Positions 50,256 to 58,584 of a stretch of 64,000 nucleotides of DNA are shown here, piece by piece. Each line of letters begins with the position of its first letter. The stretch's first letter is position 1. The stretch comes from Desulfobacterales bacterium. GTDB taxonomy: Bacteria > Desulfobacterota > Desulfobacteria > Desulfobacterales > UBA5852. Location of the stretch: contig CAXXVS010000001.1 of the NCBI GenBank assembly GCA_963674755.2, forward strand, positions 320,001-384,000. Reading direction: 5' to 3'. The translations under genes and the position numbers were made by a program. The notes under the pieces were generated by a model. It searched no databases. It worked only from the letters and a program-made list of their open reading frames with translations, and was not told the DNA's origin.

Positions 50256-50538
50256 TTATAAATTCGAACGATCCCTTGCTATATTTTGTTTAGATTGTGC
50301 CGGAAGCTTACCAGCGGTCGACGAAGGCTTGAATACCAGATCGAAATGCGTTTGTCAGGTTTCCTTTGGTCTTATAGGAATTCTTGCATCTATTATCGCT
50401 AAGTTAATTGATGGCTTAAAAAATGGCAAAAATGAGCCACAACATGGTTTTTTGCTCATACGCAATGTGTAAATCAAGTGCTATCCTGCAGCCTGCATTA
50501 AAATAAATAGTGCGGATGCACCCCTTTGGAACCGTTTT

Positions 50539-51510
50539 TCAACCTTCCACTTCCGGCACTGGTGGCGTTATCGTAAATTTGTCGTCTTCCTTTAGAACCT
50601 TCGGGATGGATTTGAACGAACTGCGCCATTCTTCCAAAAATTTCCTGCCGAAGGCAGCAATTTCCCCGGGTCGATACCTTTCGAGTATCGATCTGTATAT
50701 TCGAAAAGCAAAGGTAAGCGTCATTCGATAGACTTCGTCGATTGATTGCAGCGTTCTAATGTGGTCAAAGACCAGCTCGCTTTGTGCCGGGTTAAAGTGC
50801 AGCTGCCGATCAAAGCTCAGACCGTGTGTCGCCTGGGAGTATTGCGTGTAAAAAATCTTGTACATGGCCTCTTCCCCAAGGCGGACGGCCATATCGCGGA
50901 TGGAGTTAACACCGAAAGGCTTGTACCATTCCACGTCTTTTCCCGATCGGGCCATGCGGGATTCGAATAGATCATTAACGGCATCAAGCTCAGGGTTGTT
51001 CAGTCTTGCTGTTTCATGGTCTATGTTTCTCTGGATTTCCTCCTGGTTATGAGGTACGATAAGGTTCTCGGCAGTCGATCCTGACAAATGAGCAATATGT
51101 GCGGCTCTCTCGGGTGTCCCGTCCAAGTAGCAGCGAAACCAGTAACGTTTTTGGCGGATATTCCAGACAAAGTAGGCCTTTCCCCGGCGGTCATAGTCCT
51201 CTTGAAAAATCCACTTCAGATAGAGGTGAATCTCAAATAGCGATCGGATATGTGGGAAACAGGCAAGTGCTGCACCCTCACGTGCGAGAATGCTTATGGC
51301 GTCAAGGTTGGCAACCGCATGTTTAAGAAATGACAGGATGGCTACAATTTCAGGTATTTTACGGTCTGATGTTAGAAAACATCGCGGAACAAGATTGGTT
51401 CCATAGTTTACGACCTGTTCAAGAAGTGCAATCTGGTCTGCGAACGAGTCCCTGATCTGCGCGCTGAAGAGCTGACGGTCCAGAATATTTTTATTTGCTT
51501 CATCCGGCAT
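50539..51510 (-). CDS. DUF5677-like all-helical protein
   Basis: IRSLFE and YTQYSQATH motifs; ORF is open to 51543. Confidence 0.65.
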   Translation of the reverse strand: MPDEANKNILDRQLFSAQIRDSFADQIALLEQVVNYGTNLVPRCFLTSDRKIPEIVAILSFLKHAVANLDAISILAREGAALACFPHIRSLFEIHLYLKWIFQEDYDRRGKAYFVWNIRQKRYWFRCYLDGTPERAAHIAHLSGSTAENLIVPHNQEEIQRNIDHETARLNNPELDAVNDLFESRMARSGKDVEWYKPFGVNSIRDMAVRLGEEAMYKIFYTQYSQATHGLSFDRQLHFNPAQSELVFDHIRTLQSIDEVYRMTLTFAFRIYRSILERYRPGEIAAFGRKFLEEWRSSFKSIPKVLKEDDKFTITPPVPEVEG

Positions 51511-51780
51511 TGTCCATAATATCCCAGGCAAAGGTCTTGACACTTAAAGCCGAGGTGATAATTAAGCAGCTGTTCTCTGCCCGTGGCAGTAGAATGTACA
51601 AAGGATTCCGCTGAGCCCGCCTGGCAAATCAGCGGTATGCCACCTGGCAAAAAGGGGCCCATTTCGGGATCCTTTTTGTTTTGATCGAAGTCGGCTGGCT
51701 ATTAAAACCATATCCAATCATCTCTATCCATCTGAACGATAAACAACAAAGATGCGGCCTTTTTGTTAAGTCGATATTTT

Positions 51781-51971
51781 AAAGTTTATAAGTTCAGGGC
51801 GTCCCGCTGATGCCCCCTCGAAGTCTTTGTATAGTGATCTGAGATTTTCAACTATGTCATGAGGAAATGGATAGTCGGCTGTGTCTGGTTCTGTCAGTCA
51901 TTTTGCTATCGAACTCGCACGAAGTATGTTTCAAATGGTTAGGTTTGAAGTTTAAAGTTTCAGGGCGTCCC
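51781..51971 (+). repeat. Two copies of the end motif AAGTTTAnAnnTTCAGGGCGTCCC
   Basis: 51781-51805 and 51948-51971; related to 49406-49430. Confidence 0.75.
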
Positions 51972-52010
51972 TCGGAAGCACATAATCAGGTTTAATAAAA
52001 TATTGTTTGG

Positions 52011-53327
52011 TTAAGAATATTTTAATAACAAGTTATATTGCCTTAGCTCTATGTTTACAGCATTTACTTTTTTTATAAGACTTGTTTTTCTTGCAGATTC
52101 GTTAAAAAGATTCTCTAAAAGTTCTTGTTTATCAGGATCATCAATAAGAGTATATTGTCCTTTTTTGTCACCATACATAATGCCAACTGGGGTTCCTTCT
52201 TCAGATATCATTAGAATACAGATAAATGTACTTTTCCCTTTTCCCGCTTTTTCTGCTTCGTCAATAGTCATTCCCCAACCTTTAACAAGCTCACTTACCT
52301 CAGTAGGAACATTTCCGTTAAATTGACTCTCTTTAAGCCTCCAAGTTAGGCCAATTATACCAAACCTGATGGGATTAGTTCTCCCCTTACCGCCCTCTCC
52401 TTTTTTATAATAGTCTAATAATTGATAAAGCTTGTCTTGGAAAAGGATATCAGGAACATGAATGGTAAATCGGAAATCAGATAGGCAAATATTATTCGCC
52501 TTTGCTTTAAGAATTAATTCATCAATGGTAGTCCTGAAGGAATCATTAAGTTGGTTGACATAAACGCTATTATCGTATGCTCTTTGCACTTCCTTGCGAG
52601 TTTCATCTATGGTTGATTCCAGGTTTTTTCTCAAAGCTTGAGTCTCATCTTTATCGAGAACAAACTCGGTTCCGGGAAGTTTTATTGATTTAAAAGGTCG
52701 AAATAAGCTTGCTAAGTTTTTTGTAGCACCTCTATTAAGTAGTAGGACAAATAATAAGATAAAAGTGACAGCTGGCCAAGTAAATAATTTATCAAAAATA
52801 TTGCTAGCATTTTCGGAATTAAAACCAAATATTTTATAGGCATATTCATTAGAAAATTGGGAAGTGTCTAAATTGTTATTCATAAATCGAATAGAATTAT
52901 AGAAACTTTTAATCTCTTCACATGATTGAAACAGTTTTGTTTGGATAGCTGCTATTTTACTTGCTCTGTTTGCTTGGCTTATCGAGAAATAGCTGTCTAT
53001 GCTATTCAGATAATGAATTAGCTTTTCTTTGCTGCCTTTATCGCTAAAATTAAGTTTGTTTTCACCTGCAAAGAGCTTCTGCTTATCAACGATCAATGCG
53101 TCCCAATCAATATTCACATTAGTACCGTTAGCGAGCATATTTATAGACGGACTTTCTATGTTAAATAAGTCTTGTTGTGCTTCATTGATAAGATTTGTTA
53201 CTATCTCTATTTTATCATTATCAACCTTTTTCAAGACAAAGAGATTTATCATTAGCATGGTTAATAACGCCGATGCAAAAAAAACCAAAATACACATAGT
53301 CCTTTTTGATAAGTGGATACGTGTCAT
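52011..53327 (-). CDS. Two-TM membrane protein with a coiled-coil and GAF-like C-terminal domain
   Basis: TMs near residues 10-32 and 185-200; FRFTIHVP...GIIG...FICILM..GTPVGIMYGD pattern (fold is inferred). Confidence 0.75.
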   Translation of the reverse strand: MTRIHLSKRTMCILVFFASALLTMLMINLFVLKKVDNDKIEIVTNLINEAQQDLFNIESPSINMLANGTNVNIDWDALIVDKQKLFAGENKLNFSDKGSKEKLIHYLNSIDSYFSISQANRASKIAAIQTKLFQSCEEIKSFYNSIRFMNNNLDTSQFSNEYAYKIFGFNSENASNIFDKLFTWPAVTFILLFVLLLNRGATKNLASLFRPFKSIKLPGTEFVLDKDETQALRKNLESTIDETRKEVQRAYDNSVYVNQLNDSFRTTIDELILKAKANNICLSDFRFTIHVPDILFQDKLYQLLDYYKKGEGGKGRTNPIRFGIIGLTWRLKESQFNGNVPTEVSELVKGWGMTIDEAEKAGKGKSTFICILMISEEGTPVGIMYGDKKGQYTLIDDPDKQELLENLFNESARKTSLIKKVNAVNIELRQYNLLLKYS

Positions 53328-53347
53328 ATTAGTCACCCATATTTATC

Positions 53348-53701
53348 CTATTTCCATTGCTCAATAAAATAGTTGCTTTCATTTTTAGGGTATTTAATCT
53401 CATTTTTAGTTAATTTATTTTCTGCAATTTTACCGAGATTAAGATTCAAAATATTCGCTAAGGAGGCACATAATATTACTACGTCAGCTATTTCATCAGC
53501 AGCTTTATTTATAAAGTCTTCTTCTTCGCAATCACTTTTTGATTTTAAATCGGATTTCCATACAAACATTTTAAGGAGCTCATTTGCCTCAACGGATATC
53601 GCAAGTGCTAAATCCTTAGGGTTGTGGAATTCTTCCCATTTCCTTTCAGAAACAAATTTATGAACTTCCTTCTGTAATTGTGAAAAATTTTCGAATGGCA
53701 T
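53348..53701 (-). CDS. MazG-like nucleotide pyrophosphohydrolase (dCTP pyrophosphatase type)
   Basis: ERKWEEFHNPKDLALAISVEANEL...DEIADV...KNEIKYP. Confidence 0.9.
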   Translation of the reverse strand: MPFENFSQLQKEVHKFVSERKWEEFHNPKDLALAISVEANELLKMFVWKSDLKSKSDCEEEDFINKAADEIADVVILCASLANILNLNLGKIAENKLTKNEIKYPKNESNYFIEQWK

Positions 53702-53719
53702 AATAACCCCATTATTGTG

Positions 53720-54652
53720 TTATAAATTTAAATTGTTGACTGAAAAAACTTCAGTCTTAAAAATTTTATGAATATCTTCCACAAGCGGCAATTTTTCGCG
53801 CATCCCAAATTGCGACGCGACAAATGCGCCTATCGCATTCCCATATTTTAATGAATCTGATGGAGACAAGCCCGAAAGTATGGCACCCACAAACCCTGCA
53901 GAAAAGGCATCCCCGCAGCCTATTGTTGATTTCGTTTTCACCTTGAAACCAGGGAGGTATATATTTTCGCTTTCTGAGCAATAGTAAGAACCTTTTTCAC
54001 CAAGCGTAATCGCTACAGATTTGACACTTTTATTTAAAAAGAAATTTGCAGCCTTTTTAATGTCAGTTTGATTTGAATAATTCTTTGCTTCGAGTTCATT
54101 TACTATTAGCATTTTGGTCACTTCCAACATGGATAGGAATGATGAATTGTCTTTGAAAAAAGAAGAACCTGGGTTGAAGAAGAGTGAAGTTTTATTATTT
54201 TTCAAAAAATGGTAGAGTTCCATTGCTGTTTCCGGTCTTGTCGGAGCCAGATAGATGTTTTTATGCTTATTAAATATATTATTATCATATAAACTTAGAC
54301 TAAAATTCGACATGGAACCCGAAGATACATACGTTATTCTATTACCATAATCATCAACAGCTATTATATGCTGTGTATTTTTAGAGTTAAGGGCAGTGCG
54401 TATATAATCAGTCTTGATATTTGAAGCAGAGATCTTTTTGAATAGGTCTTCCCCTATTAAATCAGAACCGATACTGCACATTAAATAGGTGTCAATTTTA
54501 AAAACTGAAGAAAGTAAAACTGCTACATTTGCCCCAGCGCCACCACCAACTTCAGTATAGCTTTTGCAAAAAGTTTCTTCCCCTGGTTTTGGAAAATAAT
54601 CGGTTTCTATTATTATGTCTTTTGATGCGCTTCCAATTATAATAATATCCAT
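53720..54652 (-). CDS. PfkB/ribokinase-family kinase
   Basis: GGAGANVA, VNELEA, ITLGEKG, TIGCGDAF. Confidence 0.92.
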   Translation of the reverse strand: MDIIIIGSASKDIIIETDYFPKPGEETFCKSYTEVGGGAGANVAVLLSSVFKIDTYLMCSIGSDLIGEDLFKKISASNIKTDYIRTALNSKNTQHIIAVDDYGNRITYVSSGSMSNFSLSLYDNNIFNKHKNIYLAPTRPETAMELYHFLKNNKTSLFFNPGSSFFKDNSSFLSMLEVTKMLIVNELEAKNYSNQTDIKKAANFFLNKSVKSVAITLGEKGSYYCSESENIYLPGFKVKTKSTIGCGDAFSAGFVGAILSGLSPSDSLKYGNAIGAFVASQFGMREKLPLVEDIHKIFKTEVFSVNNLNL

Positions 54653-54667
54653 AGAATACCTTCTATA

Positions 54668-55426
54668 TTATTTTTCTGCTTTATAGCAGTACAAGATTGG
54701 CAAATGCCGAAAATTTATGTTTTTATGTTTCGCTATGTTAAAGATCGTGTTGGGTATCTCTTGAAGTTTAATTTCGTTAGGAATATATATACAATCTATA
54801 ATAACTCTTCTAAAACATGCAGATAGCAATTTGTTCTGTAAATTTTCAATAGTATCTATTAATGAGGGCAACTTTACTGAAATACCAGATTGGGTTTTGA
54901 AAGCAGCAATAGTTTTATCCCTATAGTTAAATCTAGCTCCTGAGGCCCAATCAAACGAAGGTATTGTGCCAAACATAATGCCGTTTTTTGATAGAACGCG
55001 GTATGACTCTTTATAGAAGTCAAAAATATTATATGGATCTGATAAAAAAGAAAAAAGTAAATCAATACCACTATTCTTTATAGGTATTTCAAGTGATGAT
55101 GAAACAAAAAAGTTAGCCAAAATATTATTAATTTGAATCGAGTGTTGTAACATTTTAATGGATATGTCTGATAAAAAAATATTTTTAGTTTTGAACCTCC
55201 AAAACTCAACTAATTTAGATTTTCCGCAACCCACCTCCAAGATTTTAATATGTCTGTTATTCAAAAAATTTTCCAAATCCCAATTCAATACCGCCACCGA
55301 ATTAAGGTTATCAAACAACTTACATGTTCTATGAAAACTTTCATAATATTCGTGGGAAATTAAGCTGTAGCCTAATTTTGACTTAGCCTCAATCTCTTTA
55401 ATATCATTTGAGGGTTTAACAATCAT
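54668..55426 (-). CDS. Class I SAM-dependent methyltransferase
   Basis: ILEVGCG motif I, SDISIKML, ESYRVLSKNG. Confidence 0.85.
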   Translation of the reverse strand: MIVKPSNDIKEIEAKSKLGYSLISHEYYESFHRTCKLFDNLNSVAVLNWDLENFLNNRHIKILEVGCGKSKLVEFWRFKTKNIFLSDISIKMLQHSIQINNILANFFVSSSLEIPIKNSGIDLLFSFLSDPYNIFDFYKESYRVLSKNGIMFGTIPSFDWASGARFNYRDKTIAAFKTQSGISVKLPSLIDTIENLQNKLLSACFRRVIIDCIYIPNEIKLQEIPNTIFNIAKHKNINFRHLPILYCYKAEK

Positions 55427-55526
55427 TTGATAAAGCCAGTTAAAAATTTTCTACAAGGGAGTAGCTATGAGGCTATTTTGACTATTGAGTCATTACTAAA
55501 TTAATGCCGCTAGTATCAATATAATT

Positions 55527-56003
55527 TTATATTTTATTCGGAGAGCTAAGTGTGAGTGGTTTAATGTTTCTATTTTGCCTAACAAAACTACACCCCGCAT
55601 AACAATGAAACCCGGGCTGATCCTGGATTGCACCCAACTGGTTGGCGTCATCGTCAAGTTCGGCTGCCTGGACGTCGGGTTTCTTGGCCGCAGTGATTAC
55701 GGCCTCCGACCCGGCGGCATTTGTTTCGGGTGGCTCAATTTGCTCCACGCAGAATAGGAGGGACGCGAACAGGGCGACGAGGCACATACGACGCAGGCTT
55801 TTCGCCTTGCGTGGCGGGCTTGCCTTTTGGGTGGGATGGCCGCCGTTAATGACAACATTATCGTTGCCGATCACGACCTGGTTGCCGTTGCCGGTGATGT
55901 TGCCGACGGATGCCGGCTTTTGATCCTCGCGGGTTTTGTCTATAATTGGTTCAGCTTCCTTCAGTATATTTTCGATCTTTTCCCTTCGGTTACCAGCGCT
56001 CAT
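55527..56003 (-). CDS. Hypothetical protein with an Asn/Gly low-complexity segment and one TM
   Basis: AAAGGGG RBS; GNITGNGNQVVIGNDN; phage-like context. Confidence 0.6.
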   Translation of the reverse strand: MSAGNRREKIENILKEAEPIIDKTREDQKPASVGNITGNGNQVVIGNDNVVINGGHPTQKASPPRKAKSLRRMCLVALFASLLFCVEQIEPPETNAAGSEAVITAAKKPDVQAAELDDDANQLGAIQDQPGFHCYAGCSFVRQNRNIKPLTLSSPNKI

Positions 56004-56034
56004 AGGTCCCCTTTCCCAAGGGCGGCGTTTGCCA

Positions 56035-56262
56035 TCACGCCACGAGCTTCAACAGCCTCTCCACTGTTGCGGTTGCCGGCATTTCCTCTCTCTCCAGGTG
56101 TTCCTCATACAAATACAGCACGGCTTCGGCCCTTGTTGCGCTCCAGCCGCTCCAGCATGAAGCGGATCGTATCGTCCCGGAAGCGGTCGCCGGGAAATCA
56201 AAAGTTTCGATGGTGAGTGTGTCGCGGGTGATCGGCCGGCTGAGCGTGTCGGACGCCATCAT
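56035..56262 (-). pseudogene. Chimeric or degraded gene remnant (possible phage-regulator C-terminus)
   Basis: AEAVLYLYEE...TVERLLKLVA tail joined out of frame to another coding-like stretch (DRFRDDTIRFMLERLERN). Confidence 0.35.
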
Positions 56263-56464
56263 GAGCGCGGTAGTCCGGGCTATGTGTAAGCCGAAAACCG
56301 AGGTGCTCCCGGGCAGTTGTTTCGGGCTGAAATTGTGACATACTTCCAGGGCCTTGGGCCGCAATCAACCTTTAACGGGACAGGGTGCGAAAGTCAATGT
56401 CTAAGCGATCCCGGAAAATTGATCGGCGGCGGGTTTTCGTAACTCGCTTAGGTTCCCCGTCGAG

Positions 56465-57466
56465 CTATGGCTTGCGGGGTTTGGTCTGCATGACGGCCCG
56501 GTAGGCTTCCGAAAGGCGGATGAAGTCGCGGGGGCGTCCGCCCTGATCCGGGTGCGCGGCCATGGCCTTGCGCCGGAAGAGGCGGGTAACCTCCCGCCGG
56601 TTCATTTGACGCAGGGCTTCCTCGGCCACGCCAAACACCCGGCCGGCCTCCTGGAAGGAAACCCCGGCCGTGCCCTGGGGCCAGCGGTGACGGCGGTGGG
56701 CGTTGCGGAACTGCTGAAATAGGTTTTCCAGGAAGTCGCTCTGGCCGTAGTCCTGATCGAAGTACATGATCAGGTAGCGTGTCAGATAGTCCTGGAGGTG
56801 ATCGCGCATGGGGAGGCCGGCCCAGAAGGCGGCATCGCGGTTGAGGCGGCAGATTTCCCGGACGAACCAGGTGTCCACCGCTTCCTGGTCGAGGGCCTGG
56901 GGCATGGTTTTGGCGCACAGCTCGCTGAAATGGCGCTGCAGGTCGAAGATGACGTAGACATAGGCCTTGCGCTCGTGGGGCTTCAGGATGCGCTCGGACT
57001 GCAGGAAATACTGCTCGATTTCGTCCCGGGAGCGGTCCCGGACGGGGCGGAAGATCTTGGACGGCACGCGGCCGATGGGGCCCTGGTCCATGCGGCCGAA
57101 GCGCAGGAAATGTACCCGCCGCTTGTCGAAAAGATGCACCGGCAGACGGCGGTCGGCAGGGTTTGGATCTTCCGGGGGCCGCTGCCGCCGGCGGAAGCTG
57201 CCCACGGCATGGCGGATGTCCCGGTCCACGAAGGGCCACAGCAGGTCGTCCAGTTCTTCCGGTCCGGGGTGGCCGCCCCTGGTAAGTATGCGGTCTTCGA
57301 GTTCCGGGTCGATGTAGTAGCTGCGCCCCCCCGGATAGACGATGTGCTGGGCCGGATCGTGCCCCAGGTCCGCCAGCGGGCGGCTGCGGTAGCAGGCCCC
57401 ATCCCAGTAGGATTCCCGAATTTCGAAGCGGTACCATCGATTTTCGTGTATGGCGGCCAGGTACAT
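56465..57466 (-). CDS. Protein with a C-terminal J-domain
   Basis: FRRKAMAAHPDQGG..FIRLSEAY. Confidence 0.85.
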   Translation of the reverse strand: MYLAAIHENRWYRFEIRESYWDGACYRSRPLADLGHDPAQHIVYPGGRSYYIDPELEDRILTRGGHPGPEELDDLLWPFVDRDIRHAVGSFRRRQRPPEDPNPADRRLPVHLFDKRRVHFLRFGRMDQGPIGRVPSKIFRPVRDRSRDEIEQYFLQSERILKPHERKAYVYVIFDLQRHFSELCAKTMPQALDQEAVDTWFVREICRLNRDAAFWAGLPMRDHLQDYLTRYLIMYFDQDYGQSDFLENLFQQFRNAHRRHRWPQGTAGVSFQEAGRVFGVAEEALRQMNRREVTRLFRRKAMAAHPDQGGRPRDFIRLSEAYRAVMQTKPRKP

Positions 57467-57486
57467 GGGAACACGTCCGGCGTGGG

Positions 57487-57984
57487 TTAGAGGGCTTGCA
57501 GAGCAGCCTCGTAATCCGGCTCGTCGGCGATTTCGGGAACCAGTTGATGGTAGGCCACACGGCCCTTTTCATCCACGACCACCACCGCCCGCGCGAAGAG
57601 CCCCGCCAGCGGTCCATCGGTGATGCGCACCCCGTAATGATTGCCGAATTCCGGCTGACGGAAGGCCGAGGCGGATACGACGTTTTCGATGCCTTCGGCC
57701 CCGCAGAAGCGGGCATGGGCAAACGGCAGGTCCATGGAGATGCAGACCACGACGGCATTGTCGCGTTGGGCGATTTCCGTATTGAAACGGCGGACGCTCA
57801 TGGCGCAGGTGGGGGTGTCGACGCTCGGGAAGATATTCAGGACGACCTTCCGGCCGGCAAAATCCTGCAGGCGGACTTCCTTGAGATCTTTATCCACAAC
57901 GGTGAAGCCGGGGGCGGGTTCGCCGACGGCGGGCAGGTTGCCGACGGTGTTGACGGGGTTGCCTTTCAATGTGACTTGGGCCAT
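57487..57984 (-). CDS. tpx: Thiol peroxidase
   Basis: FPSVDTPTC, SMDLPFA..RFC. Confidence 0.95.
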   Translation of the reverse strand: MAQVTLKGNPVNTVGNLPAVGEPAPGFTVVDKDLKEVRLQDFAGRKVVLNIFPSVDTPTCAMSVRRFNTEIAQRDNAVVVCISMDLPFAHARFCGAEGIENVVSASAFRQPEFGNHYGVRITDGPLAGLFARAVVVVDEKGRVAYHQLVPEIADEPDYEAALQAL

Positions 57985-58080
57985 GGAAGTTCTCCTTTAG
58001 CAATAGTGGTGAATTGAACGCGTTCCATGACCATAAGACATCCTGGCCGAAAATAAAGCATCTGCATGGATTCCCCTGCG

Positions 58081-58584
58081 TTAGTCGCACTGCCCGGGAT
58101 CGTCCCCGCAGGCATCCTCCCGCGCCTTTTCGGCCAGGCGCAACTTGCGGCGGGCCTGGGCCATGCGCAGGCGGCGCTGTTGCAGCGCCGTCTCGGCCGT
58201 CAGGGGCGGCACCGGCGTGGGGCGCCCGTTTTCATCCAGGGCCACGAAGGTGAGATAGGCGGAGGCCACATGGCGTCTTTCGCCGGTCAACAGCATTTCG
58301 GTCTCCGCCCGCACGCCCACTTCCATGGAGGTCCGGCCGGCCATGTTGACGCTGGCCTTGAGGATCAGCAGGTTGCCCACATAGGCCGGGTGGATGAAGT
58401 CCAGGCGGTCGATGGAGGCGGTCACCACATTGCAGCGGGCGTGGCGGAAGGCCGCCACCCCGGCCGCGCTGTCGATGTGCTTCACAATGACGCCGCCGTG
58501 GATGTTGCCGGCCGGGTTGGCATCCTCGGGCAGCAGAAAATGGGTTAAGGTGGACTGGCTTGCGGTGACGGTCTTGGCATTCAT
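58081..58584 (-). CDS. Acyl-CoA thioesterase (hotdog fold)
   Basis: PEDANPAGNIHGG, VTASID, GRTSMEVGV; ATGA overlap. Confidence 0.92.
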   Translation of the reverse strand: MNAKTVTASQSTLTHFLLPEDANPAGNIHGGVIVKHIDSAAGVAAFRHARCNVVTASIDRLDFIHPAYVGNLLILKASVNMAGRTSMEVGVRAETEMLLTGERRHVASAYLTFVALDENGRPTPVPPLTAETALQQRRLRMAQARRKLRLAEKAREDACGDDPGQCD

